Shown here piece after piece: positions 17,674 through 26,582 of a stretch of DNA of 30,097 bases. This stretch comes from an uncultured archaeon. Lineage in GTDB: Archaea; Asgardarchaeota; Lokiarchaeia; Sigyniarchaeales; SOKP01. Position 1 is the first letter of the stretch. Every line of letters starts with the position of its first letter. The notes under the pieces were generated by a model that ran no database searches, was not told where the DNA came from, and was given only the letters and a program-made list of their open reading frames with translations. The stretch is taken from positions 1-30,097 of the forward strand of contig CAYLZE010000063.1 of NCBI GenBank assembly GCA_964388035.1. Direction: 5' to 3'. Position numbers and translations under genes: made by a program.

Positions 17674-18717
17674 TCACTCCATTGAAAATATGACTTTCAT
17701 AGATTCAGCAGCTTCACAAACCACATTAAAAGCTTCTTGTGCTTGTTCAAGAGGAAATTCATGAGAAATTAATTCCTCGACTTTAATCTTTTGGAACCTG
17801 ATCCAGTCATAGGATTCGTCAAGATCCACGGGTGCAGCTCCGTAGGACGTCATTATCTTAACTTCATTTCGCCAATAATCATTAATCGGGATTTCAATAT
17901 TAATTCCTGGTTTCGGCACGGCAAAAAATATAATAGTACTTCCGGGACCAGCACATTGAATGGCTTGGTTTGCCGCTGATATGGCACCGGTACAAACGAT
18001 TATGCAATCTGGTAATCGCCCCTCGTTATAGTCCTTAATTTTAGGAATTATTTCTTGCGAAGCATCCAGAGTCAGACTTGCTCCAAATTTTTTGGCCATA
18101 TTTAATCTATAATCGCTAATATCTGTCGTGATAATTTTTTCTATTCCTTTAGCTTTAGCCAATTTCAAGTGCAATAGTCCCGAAACTCCGCTTCCTAAGA
18201 TTAAAATAGTCTGCCCTTTAGAGATTTGAGCTAATCTCTGTGCCCTACAAACGCACCCTAAGGGTTCGATAAATACTCCTTGTTCATAAGTCACATCATC
18301 ATCTAATTTGTACACTCCTTTTTTCTCAATATTAATGCTTGGAACGCGCAGGTATTCCGCAAATCCTCCCGGATCATAATTCGTATTATGCAATAGATGA
18401 CATGCAGTATGATGCCCTTGCTTACAATAGTGGCATTCAAAGCAAGGGACGTGATGGGATACGAAGACCCGATCACCTATTTTAAAGTTGTTTACCCCAT
18501 CTCCAACTTGCATGATGTCTCCCGCAATTTCATGACCTAAAATGAGCGAATCCACGTTTAATTTCTTCATCTTCGCAAACCGATAATATTCAAGAATATC
18601 CGACCCACAAATGCCAGATTTCTTAACTTTAACGAGAAGTTCCCCCGAATTAATTGCGGGAATTTCCATTTCATCAATTCTTAAATCTTTATTATTATAA
18701 TATCTAGCAACTTTCAT
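17674..18717 (-). CDS. Zn-dependent (MDR) alcohol/polyol dehydrogenase, sorbitol/L-iditol DH-like
   Basis: GICGSD, LGHE, structural Zn CFECHYC...C, FIEPLGC and GSGVSG. Confidence 0.93.
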   Translation of the reverse strand: MKVARYYNNKDLRIDEMEIPAINSGELLVKVKKSGICGSDILEYYRFAKMKKLNVDSLILGHEIAGDIMQVGDGVNNFKIGDRVFVSHHVPCFECHYCKQGHHTACHLLHNTNYDPGGFAEYLRVPSINIEKKGVYKLDDDVTYEQGVFIEPLGCVCRAQRLAQISKGQTILILGSGVSGLLHLKLAKAKGIEKIITTDISDYRLNMAKKFGASLTLDASQEIIPKIKDYNEGRLPDCIIVCTGAISAANQAIQCAGPGSTIIFFAVPKPGINIEIPINDYWRNEVKIMTSYGAAPVDLDESYDWIRFQKIKVEELISHEFPLEQAQEAFNVVCEAAESMKVIFSME

Positions 18718-18721
18718 GGTT

Positions 18722-19333
18722 TTAACACCTTTCTTCCATTTCTTTTTTATTTTTGATGATATTTTCTAATATCTCCCTCGCTCTTGATATATTAACCACT
18801 CCACATACGCAAGGTTTTGCGAGTTTTTCCGCAGCTTTTTCAAGGGAAATTTTATTATTCTGGATTTGATCAACATAGTAATCTACAGATTGAGGGGAAA
18901 CACAATGATGCCCACACATGGTAGTTAACTCTAATATTTTATCGGAAGGTAAGAGCTCCTTTTTTCCGAAAACACCCAAGGAAAAATGTCCCGTATGGAG
19001 GGTCAATCCTATCTCAGAAGCGGCTTTTTGTATTTCTTCTGTTAAACCTGAGACGACGATAGAAATTCCATATTTTTTATCTTTGAGGATCTTTAATATA
19101 TCCTTTACAGATTCTATATCTTTAAAAGATGCGGTGATTATCGTGGAAATTTTCCAGACATTTTCAGTCATGATGTTTTCAGGATGATGATTTTTAAATA
19201 TTGTTCCAATTTCACACAAATTCTTTTTAGCATCGGGATTTCTATCGTTGATGCTTGCGGCTAACATGGCAAGGAGCACGTAATCTCCTTTTAAATCATT
19301 AACATTTCCGCTTCTATGTAAGGTATGGGTCAT
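18722..19333 (-). CDS. Uncharacterised protein with Cys/His motifs (putative Fe-S or metal binding)
   Basis: MTHTLHR N-terminus, TMCGHHC and PCVCG. Preceded by GAGGAG and lies 4 nt from the ADH start. Confidence 0.75.
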   Translation of the reverse strand: MTHTLHRSGNVNDLKGDYVLLAMLAASINDRNPDAKKNLCEIGTIFKNHHPENIMTENVWKISTIITASFKDIESVKDILKILKDKKYGISIVVSGLTEEIQKAASEIGLTLHTGHFSLGVFGKKELLPSDKILELTTMCGHHCVSPQSVDYYVDQIQNNKISLEKAAEKLAKPCVCGVVNISRAREILENIIKNKKEMEERC

Positions 19334-19347
19334 TTTCTCTCCTCCTC

Positions 19348-20046
19348 TTAGAGAATCCCTAATCCAACGTTAATTTTGGCATTCGGTCTTATTTCAAATC
19401 CATTTTTCTTTACAGTGTCTAAAATGGGTATTGCTCCGTTAGAAAATCGTGAAATGATTCCCACGGTAAATACCGTATCGATCTGTGGTTCAACTTCACG
19501 AATAACCCGAAGTACTCGAGGAACCTTGTTCTCATCTATCTTAAATTCGATAATGGCAGATAATACCTTTTCATTTTTGATATCTTCTTTAATATGAATT
19601 TTATCTTCTTCTAAGAGAGAAGTAACTGGACTGGCTTTTTCATATTCAACTCCAATTTTGGATAATGGTTTTGTAAATAATTCTATATTGGCTAGCTTCG
19701 TTCCTATTCCAGGTCTGCCTATTTCTATTGAAAATCCAATTTCTCCTTCCTTAAATCGATTAGTGAGATCATTGGTCTTCATTTCTTCTGTGCCTCTTCC
19801 AGGTATGCCGGTGATTTTATGAGGAGCGATAACATTACTAAAAGCACTGCGAATTATTCTGGGCCATTTAAGTCTTGGAGGCTTAATCGCATCCACGGGA
19901 CAATTTGCATCGCGATGACATACATTACATTCCACGCATGAATCTTCAGAGATTACTGCTTTATCATCTATTAATGTTATTGCTCCAACAGGACATAAAA
20001 TGACACATTGCCCACAACCAATGCACAAGTTTTCTAATATTCTCAT
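19348..20046 (-). CDS. 2x[4Fe-4S] ferredoxin-domain protein with uncharacterised C-terminal domain
   Basis: CIGCGQCVILCP and CVECNVC...CP, followed by TGIPGRGTEEMKTND and EIGRPGIG. Confidence 0.85.
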   Translation of the reverse strand: MRILENLCIGCGQCVILCPVGAITLIDDKAVISEDSCVECNVCHRDANCPVDAIKPPRLKWPRIIRSAFSNVIAPHKITGIPGRGTEEMKTNDLTNRFKEGEIGFSIEIGRPGIGTKLANIELFTKPLSKIGVEYEKASPVTSLLEEDKIHIKEDIKNEKVLSAIIEFKIDENKVPRVLRVIREVEPQIDTVFTVGIISRFSNGAIPILDTVKKNGFEIRPNAKINVGLGIL

Positions 20047-20372
20047 TATATATTGTAAAAAACGTTATTTGTTGAAATATACTACTTTATCATTCAAAAT
20101 TCTTAAATATAAAACAATAAACACTCTTTAATTATAATAACTTAAATGAATTCTTTCTAAAAAAAAAATATGAATTAGTATAATTATTTTTTAAATTATC
20201 ATTTTTTTAGTTTTCCTCTTCGATTGTTATTTCGCTTCCTTTATTTTGTATCTCTTTTGGCAACACTTTCATCAATGGAACGAGGATTATGTTTTTGTTC
20301 CATGCTAAATTATTATGGTCTAAATTTATATATAATTTTCCGTATAGAAAGAAAGGAGGATAGAAAAATATA

Positions 20373-21335
20373 ATGGATTACGTAGAAAAAGAATTACCTG
20401 GCAAACCCATTACTGAAAATACTTCGGATTCTTCGATATTTGAAAAATTGGCGAAATTACCACGATTTTTCATCAAATTTCTATTAAAAAGAAATATTGA
20501 AAAAATTAGAGCAGGAATGGGAGGCGATTCAAAGGATATTACAACACAAAAAATCATGGTTAGAGATGAAAATATTCCGGGGTATAAAAGTCAGATTCGA
20601 GTGCGAATTTACTCACCAGAATCATCAAAAATACGCTCGCTCGTGGTCTTTTTTCACGGAGGTGGTTGGATAGGAGGCAGTTTAGCGGCTGTAGAAGAAT
20701 TCTGTAAAGGGGTGAGTGATCAAGCGGATTGCGTGGTCATGTCAGTAGAGTATCATCTCGCTCCCGAGCACCCCTTTCCCGAAGGATTGGAAGATAGTTA
20801 TTCTGCTATTAAATGGGCTCTTTCCGATAAGGAGAAATTAAAGTTCGATCCAAATCAGATTATTGTAGCAGGGGACAGTGCGGGCGGAAATTTTGCTACT
20901 GTACTTTGTTTAATGGCGAGAGAAAGGCGGGAATTTTCATTAGCCAAACAAATTCTCATCTATCCCGCAACTAATCTTATCGAAGAAGTAAACATAAATA
21001 AAGATTTAAAATCAATATACCCTCCCGCAGCGATCAAAATACTTGGTATCATGATGGATCTGTATTTTAAAGGTAAGGTCGATAAACTCAATCCTCTTAT
21101 TTCCCCCGTATATGCGAAAGATCTCTCCAAATTACCTCCGGCATTAATAATAGTGGGGGATAAAGATTTTCTCCATGAAAGTAGCTTATTATATGCTAAA
21201 AAATTGGAAGCAACAGGCAATAAAGTTCGATTTATTCTTTACAAAAATGCCTATCATGCATTCATTGATGACACGGGAACTTCCGAACAAGCAAATGATC
21301 TCGTTCATGAAGTCGCTAATTTTATTAGAAATTGA
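20373..21335 (+). CDS. Hormone-sensitive-lipase-family (family IV) esterase
   Basis: HGGGW, EYHLAPEHPFP, GDSAGGN, LPPALIIVGDKD and HAF. Upstream AGGAGG. Confidence 0.95.
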   Translation: MDYVEKELPGKPITENTSDSSIFEKLAKLPRFFIKFLLKRNIEKIRAGMGGDSKDITTQKIMVRDENIPGYKSQIRVRIYSPESSKIRSLVVFFHGGGWIGGSLAAVEEFCKGVSDQADCVVMSVEYHLAPEHPFPEGLEDSYSAIKWALSDKEKLKFDPNQIIVAGDSAGGNFATVLCLMARERREFSLAKQILIYPATNLIEEVNINKDLKSIYPPAAIKILGIMMDLYFKGKVDKLNPLISPVYAKDLSKLPPALIIVGDKDFLHESSLLYAKKLEATGNKVRFILYKNAYHAFIDDTGTSEQANDLVHEVANFIRN

Positions 21336-21478
21336 TTTTATAATCTGCAAAATTAGGATGATATTTTATCTTCTTAAATTAATTCTATGTTAACAATTAA
21401 GTGATATATCAGAGAATTTATAGTACCTCTTTATTACATTAGAAAAAAAGAGAAAGAAATAAGAAACTTCCTTTTATT

Positions 21479-21682
21479 TTAATTTCTTGCTTTTAGATTT
21501 TTCGTCATTAAAGATTTAAAACGCTCTTCTTCAAGATTTGCGTCCATTTCAATTTCTGCTTTTAAAAAGTCTTCAAGAGCCGCTCTAATGGCCTCAGAAC
21601 GAGAAGAATATCGTCCTAAATCATTTAATACTTGAATTGCATTAAGATATTTTTCAGGTAAGTTAATAGTGATTATTTTCAT
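21479..21682 (-). CDS. Ribbon-helix-helix (CopG/Arc/MetJ) transcriptional regulator
   Basis: MKIITINLPEKYL...GRYSSRSEAIRAAL. Confidence 0.9.
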   Translation of the reverse strand: MKIITINLPEKYLNAIQVLNDLGRYSSRSEAIRAALEDFLKAEIEMDANLEEERFKSLMTKNLKARN

Positions 21683-21763
21683 TCAAATCGTACCAATTAA
21701 ATTGAATTTTTATATATTCTTCTATATGATATATATTTTGTCGGATTGCTTTTAAATAAGGTA

Positions 21764-21795
21764 TATTAATCCTTTAATTCTATTAATCCGTTAAT
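21764..21795. promoter_or_regulatory. Tandem 15-bp direct repeat upstream of the RHH gene, possible operator
   Basis: TATTAATCCTTTAAT (21764-21778) and TATTAATCCGTTAAT (21781-21795), one mismatch. Confidence 0.4.
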
Positions 21796-21897
21796 CATGA
21801 ATAAAAGATAGCCAATAATTCCCGAGATAAACCGTTTTTTTAATATAGAAAGAAGGAATGAAATAAAATTTGAACATGATTTAATTGTAACCCCGTT

Positions 21898-22662
21898 TTA
21901 ATAGGGTTTTTTTAGCGATCTTACATGAAGGAGTAAAGAAAATGTTGATGTGTAAAGGTCAGCATGACTAACTTCTTTAATATCTTTCATATAAACAAGA
22001 GAAAAATCTTCTTCCTTTCTAAGATACGTCATATCTTTCGTTTTATGCTCTTCATCTAAAAATACATCGATCATCAACTCTTTCCGATCCCATTTCATGG
22101 GCATTTGAGGCATCAAGTTAAAAGAAAATAATACATCGGGCTCCCTTCCATCGTTTCCATTTAGGACAAATAAAACGTTTGGCTCGGTAGTCGCTATAAA
22201 TGATTTTAAGGAATGATATAAATCATCAATATTTAAAGTAATGATATCCTCCTCTTCCGTAAGATCATGAATACTGCAATCACTAATTCTTGGGAGAAGG
22301 AATTTCTCCTTCCCGTGAAAAGCAAGGGAAAGCTCGTTAGCGTTAAGGTATTGTTTAATGATGGGATCATCCTTTTTTATAGTAAATTCCTCTGAAATTG
22401 GCTCACTCTTCACGTAAATAATCAAAGACCCCGCTGAAAGCAAATTTATTTTCTGATAATAAATTTTCAGCACGGGGTCATAGGGTAAAATAATAATATC
22501 CTTATTCCCACCCATTCCTAACTGAGCAAGCAGATTGGAAGGTGATTTGCTCGTGAGAGTAAAGAGTAGAAAAGATCGAAAGGAATCTAATTCAAGATAA
22601 TTCGAAAAATCTTTAAATCGATTTTTAATTAATGCAATTTTATCTTTTAATTGTTCAGACAT
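21898..22662 (-). CDS. Hypothetical protein
   Basis: Long soluble ORF with probable start ATG 22662 (MSEQLKDK). No motif recognised. Confidence 0.7.
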   Translation of the reverse strand: MSEQLKDKIALIKNRFKDFSNYLELDSFRSFLLFTLTSKSPSNLLAQLGMGGNKDIIILPYDPVLKIYYQKINLLSAGSLIIYVKSEPISEEFTIKKDDPIIKQYLNANELSLAFHGKEKFLLPRISDCSIHDLTEEEDIITLNIDDLYHSLKSFIATTEPNVLFVLNGNDGREPDVLFSFNLMPQMPMKWDRKELMIDVFLDEEHKTKDMTYLRKEEDFSLVYMKDIKEVSHADLYTSTFSLLLHVRSLKKPY

Positions 22663-22725
22663 TTTAGTTGGATTAATTATTTTGTGTAATTCCTTATAGC
22701 TTTTAATACATAATATCAATTAAAC

Positions 22726-23127
22726 CTATGGTAAATATTGATCTAAAAAATCTCTTAAAGATTGAGCCACATCTACGGTAATATGGTGTTCTATTTCACA
22801 CGAGAGCTTTTCAACCAATTTTTCATCATGTACTCTTAATACTTTTTTGAAAAAAGTAGCTAATAACTTATGCGTTTCACTCAATTGCTTTGCTACTTTT
22901 TTTCCTTGCGCTGTTAATCGTATTGCTTTTCTAGGTTCCCAACTGATCAATCCCTGCTTTTCTAACTTTTCTAGCATTCCAGAAACACTAGCAGGTTCTA
23001 CACTCAAGTGTTCTGCAATCTCCTTATTTGAAACCCATCCGCCCCTGTTTTTGCGCGATATCAAGTAGATTGAATCAAGATACTTTTGATAGCTCTCGGG
23101 AACATCGGGAATTCCTGATTCTTCCAT
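22726..23127 (-). CDS. DtxR/MntR-family metal-dependent transcriptional regulator (no FeoA domain)
   Basis: YLDSIY...IAEHLSVEPASVSGMLEKLEKQGLI...LTAQG...HKLLATFF...SCEIEHH. Confidence 0.92.
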   Translation of the reverse strand: MEESGIPDVPESYQKYLDSIYLISRKNRGGWVSNKEIAEHLSVEPASVSGMLEKLEKQGLISWEPRKAIRLTAQGKKVAKQLSETHKLLATFFKKVLRVHDEKLVEKLSCEIEHHITVDVAQSLRDFLDQYLP

Positions 23128-23403
23128 TTCTTTTTTAAGCGATTTTATATCTAGTTTTTTATTATGAAATGTATTAATAGCTATGATTAATATACAAAAA
23201 AATCTTTATCTTTTTATTTTTTACGTGTACAATATAAAATAGATTTGTGCGAAAACTTAAAAAAATTAGGTATTGAATAAAAAACATCTTAATTCTTGAG
23301 AGTTTATTCTAGATTTATATAATTAAGTTACCATTAAATGAGTAAGATAAGATTATTTTCGATTCATAAAAATCTTATATGGAAAAAAAGGAGAGAATAA
23401 ATA

Positions 23404-24138
23404 ATGGGATTAGAGGGACTTGACCAATTTGAAATTATATATGGTATCTTTTCTTTAATTTTTGTGATCATTGCGATTTTTATGGGAATTAAGATTTTAA
23501 CCAAATACTTCACTTTAAAACGCAAGGAAACCCTTTCGTTAGGTTTTGCTTTAATATTCCTTAGTAGTGCTTGGTGGGGGAGTGTAGGAGCATTTATAGG
23601 CTATGTTTTTTTTAATCAAGAAATTGGACCTTTCTTATTCTTCTTTTTAGGGGATGTTTTTATTCCCATTGCTATTATTTCTTGGATGTATTCCTTTTGC
23701 ACCCTCGTATACCCACACTTAAAAAAAAAATTGGTAACGCTTTATATATTAATATTTATTCCATATGAAATTGTTTTAATTTCATTGTTAATCATCAATC
23801 CTTCTCTGGTTGCAGTAATTGAGGGAAAATTTAATTCCGATCATGAATTATTTGTTATTTCCTTCCTAATATTTGCAATTCTCACCTTTACCATCACGGG
23901 AATAATTTTTGCCAGAGAGTCGATGAGATCGCAAGATCCGAAAATTAAATGGAAGGGTCGATTCTTTCTTATTGGGGTGTTATCCTTCACCGTGGGAGCC
24001 GTGTTTGATGCTGGAATACCCGTGAATGCCGTAACCTTGATTATCATTCGATTAATATTAATTAGTAGCACTATTGAATATTACTTTGGGTTATTTCTTC
24101 CAGAACGCATGGCAAAAGTATTGATTGCGGAAGCTTAG
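23404..24138 (+). CDS. Seven-transmembrane membrane protein of unknown function
   Basis: Seven hydrophobic segments in 244 aa and no soluble output domain. Upstream GGAGAG. Confidence 0.8.
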   Translation: MGLEGLDQFEIIYGIFSLIFVIIAIFMGIKILTKYFTLKRKETLSLGFALIFLSSAWWGSVGAFIGYVFFNQEIGPFLFFFLGDVFIPIAIISWMYSFCTLVYPHLKKKLVTLYILIFIPYEIVLISLLIINPSLVAVIEGKFNSDHELFVISFLIFAILTFTITGIIFARESMRSQDPKIKWKGRFFLIGVLSFTVGAVFDAGIPVNAVTLIIIRLILISSTIEYYFGLFLPERMAKVLIAEA

Positions 24139-24208
24139 CCTAATTTTTTAATCAATTTTTAATTTTCTCTCCCCTGAGAAATAATAAAATAGAAATTGGT
24201 GAAAGGTT

Positions 24209-24766
24209 ATTAAAATTTTTCCCGGGATTCTCATTTTAGTGGTTGGTAATAGTGGATCTGGTAAAGATAGTATTATTTCGGGTTCTTTACAAAAATATCC
24301 TCCGAATCTCAAGCCTATTCACGTGGCAAAAAGGTTCATTACTAGAGAAGCTTCTGAATTCGAGGATAATTATACAATTACTCTCGAACAATTCAAGGAA
24401 TTGGAAGAGGAGGGAAAGTTTGCCTTAAAATGGCAAATTTATGGATTAAATTATGGTGTTCCCATTGAAATTGATGAATGGTTAAAAGAAGGTCATGTAG
24501 TTATCGTTAATGTGAGTAGAACTATCATTGAAAAAGCCAGAAAAGAATATAAAAACATGAAGATCATTTTCATTCAAGTTCCTTGGCAAACCACAGTAGA
24601 TCGAATAAAACAGAGAGGAAGAGAAAAAGGGGAGATATTGGAACAGAGAATTGAAAGAGCAAGAATTAATCAAGAGTTCCCCGAAGCAGATTTTGTCGTT
24701 GATAACTCCAGCACCTTGGAAAGTGCTATCTCTCAATTTTTAGAGTACATTGAAAATATAGATTAA
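24209..24766 (+). CDS. phnN: Ribose 1,5-bisphosphate phosphokinase (guanylate kinase fold), start probably non-canonical
   Basis: GILILVVGNSGSGKDS, KRFITR, FALKWQIYGLNYGVP, VNVSR, RGRE and DNS. Homology extends upstream of the GTG at 24239, so the ATT 24209 start is tentative. Confidence 0.85.
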   Translation: MKIFPGILILVVGNSGSGKDSIISGSLQKYPPNLKPIHVAKRFITREASEFEDNYTITLEQFKELEEEGKFALKWQIYGLNYGVPIEIDEWLKEGHVVIVNVSRTIIEKARKEYKNMKIIFIQVPWQTTVDRIKQRGREKGEILEQRIERARINQEFPEADFVVDNSSTLESAISQFLEYIENID

Positions 24767-24995
24767 TGGTTTCATTTAAAATTAAGTGAATAATGACCTG
24801 GAACATGAATCTCAATTCTCATATGGACTTCTCAATTAAGCGATTTTGGAAAATGGGCATGTATTTAAGATATTGACTTTTTACACTATCTAATTATCTA
24901 TTAATATTATCGCGATTTTGTATTTTTTTAAGTCTAATTTATATTGAAATTAATACCGGGAAAAGCTTCAAAATATATATTAATAATGATATTTT

Positions 24996-26447
24996 TTGAG
25001 AAATAGCAAGAACTTGGATAAAGGTGGAAATAGACTGTCTAAAAAAAATGAAATAATGGACATGATACCCCATAAATCTAAAATTGCGTATGGCGGTGCG
25101 AATGCTGCAAGCAATACGTTGTCGGGAATAGGTATGAGCGCGATTACCTTTTTCTATAACGTGAAATTAGGATTAAACGCCGAGCTAATTGGAATTGCAT
25201 GGCTTATATTCGCCGTATGGAATGCTTTGAATGACCCGCTGTTTGGAATTATTGAAGATCGTACAAAAACCAAAATGGGACGCCGGATTCCTTATTTGCG
25301 TTTTGGAGCGCCCATCTATGGTTTTTTGTTCATTCTCTGCTGGTTTCCCTTAGTAAATGTATCGGATAAAGTTGCCCTTTTCTTTTATTTTCTCATCATG
25401 CTTTTTTCTTTTGATACCATATTTACAATTATCGGGTTGATTACATATTCATTACCAGCAGAAATGGCGCTCACTGCCAAGGAAAGGGCTAATTTATTAG
25501 TTTATTCTACTTTTATCGGGGCTATTGGTTATATAGTACAGTTTGTTTTCCCTATTCTCTATCTCACCGGAAATGAGTCCACGGAGGTTGACCCGAATTT
25601 TTATATTGCAATGATTGTAATCGCAATAATTTGTAGTATAGTAATGTTTGCCTCCAGCTACTTTTTGAAGGAAAATGAATATGCTCAATTAGAGGAATCG
25701 CTTGGATTCGTTGATTCAATCAAAGAGACCTTAAAAAATAAACCTTTTTTGATCTTGGAAGCATGTGTTTTTATCTTATTAATTACCTCAACCATTTTAA
25801 CTTCCTCGATTTTTTATTATGTTGACTATGTTCTCCACTTAACGGGTTTCTTGACGGTAATTCCCTTATTGTTAGTATTTTTAACTATTTTTATATTCAC
25901 CTATGTTTTTAGTAAAGTAGTAGCTAAAAAAGGCCCCAAAAAGGTAAGTATATTCGGTTTACTGTTCAGTGGAGTGAGCTTGATAATTTTATTTTTCATT
26001 GGATGGAATTTCATTACAGCCATACCTGGACTATTGTTAATCGGGGTGGGACTTGCCGCCGTGACATTAACAAATCAAATCCTTTTTGCGGATACCATCG
26101 ATTACGACGAGACGCGCACGGGAAAGAGAAGGGAAACTACCTATTCCGGAGTAGAAGCTCTATTGACTAAACCCGCAATTTCTATTGCAAACTGGTTGTT
26201 TCTAACCATAATTTCTGCTTTTGGGTTTCAAGCGGGGTCTCAAATTCAGCCAAATTCTGTAGCAATGGGGATCATGATTGGTTTTACCATCATTCCTGCA
26301 ATATTTGCATTATTCGGGGCAGTTATCATGAAATTTTATCCCTTGGATGGACCCGATTGGGAAGCACAAAAGCTAATTATCAGTCAAAATCACGCTAAAA
26401 AGGAAAAGGAATACCTGGAGTATCTGAAAAGGGAAGAAGAACATTAG
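24996..26447 (+). CDS. GPH-family (MelB-like) glycoside:cation symporter, MFS
   Basis: WNALNDPLFGIIEDRTKTKMGRRIPY and ADTIDYDETRTGKRRETTYSG. The true start is probably downstream of 24996. Confidence 0.93.
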   Translation: MRNSKNLDKGGNRLSKKNEIMDMIPHKSKIAYGGANAASNTLSGIGMSAITFFYNVKLGLNAELIGIAWLIFAVWNALNDPLFGIIEDRTKTKMGRRIPYLRFGAPIYGFLFILCWFPLVNVSDKVALFFYFLIMLFSFDTIFTIIGLITYSLPAEMALTAKERANLLVYSTFIGAIGYIVQFVFPILYLTGNESTEVDPNFYIAMIVIAIICSIVMFASSYFLKENEYAQLEESLGFVDSIKETLKNKPFLILEACVFILLITSTILTSSIFYYVDYVLHLTGFLTVIPLLLVFLTIFIFTYVFSKVVAKKGPKKVSIFGLLFSGVSLIILFFIGWNFITAIPGLLLIGVGLAAVTLTNQILFADTIDYDETRTGKRRETTYSGVEALLTKPAISIANWLFLTIISAFGFQAGSQIQPNSVAMGIMIGFTIIPAIFALFGAVIMKFYPLDGPDWEAQKLIISQNHAKKEKEYLEYLKREEEH

Positions 26448-26582
26448 AAGAAGCCTCCCTCGACCCTTAATATTTTATTTAATTTTTCCTCATGAGCAAT
26501 TTATTTAATTTGTTAATTTTAAAAGAGTATAATTTATGATCTATTTAATGAAAGAAGTGTTGAAATAGGTCTGAATTCTCCC

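Noticed and set aside
18545-18590. Possible in-frame intron in the ADH loop (FAKMKKLNVDS)
   Set aside because: There is weak complementarity (GCGAA/TTCGC) but no canonical BHB and no stop, so it is more likely an ordinary loop variant.
20207-20310. Short minus-strand frames (MEQKHNPRSIDESVAKRDTK*; ...IILVPLMKVLPKEIQ...EEEN*)
   Set aside because: Too short to support as a gene or gene remnant without a homology search.
23260-23285. Possible DtxR box (TTAGG...) upstream of the regulator
   Set aside because: Only a half-site, with no convincing dyad.
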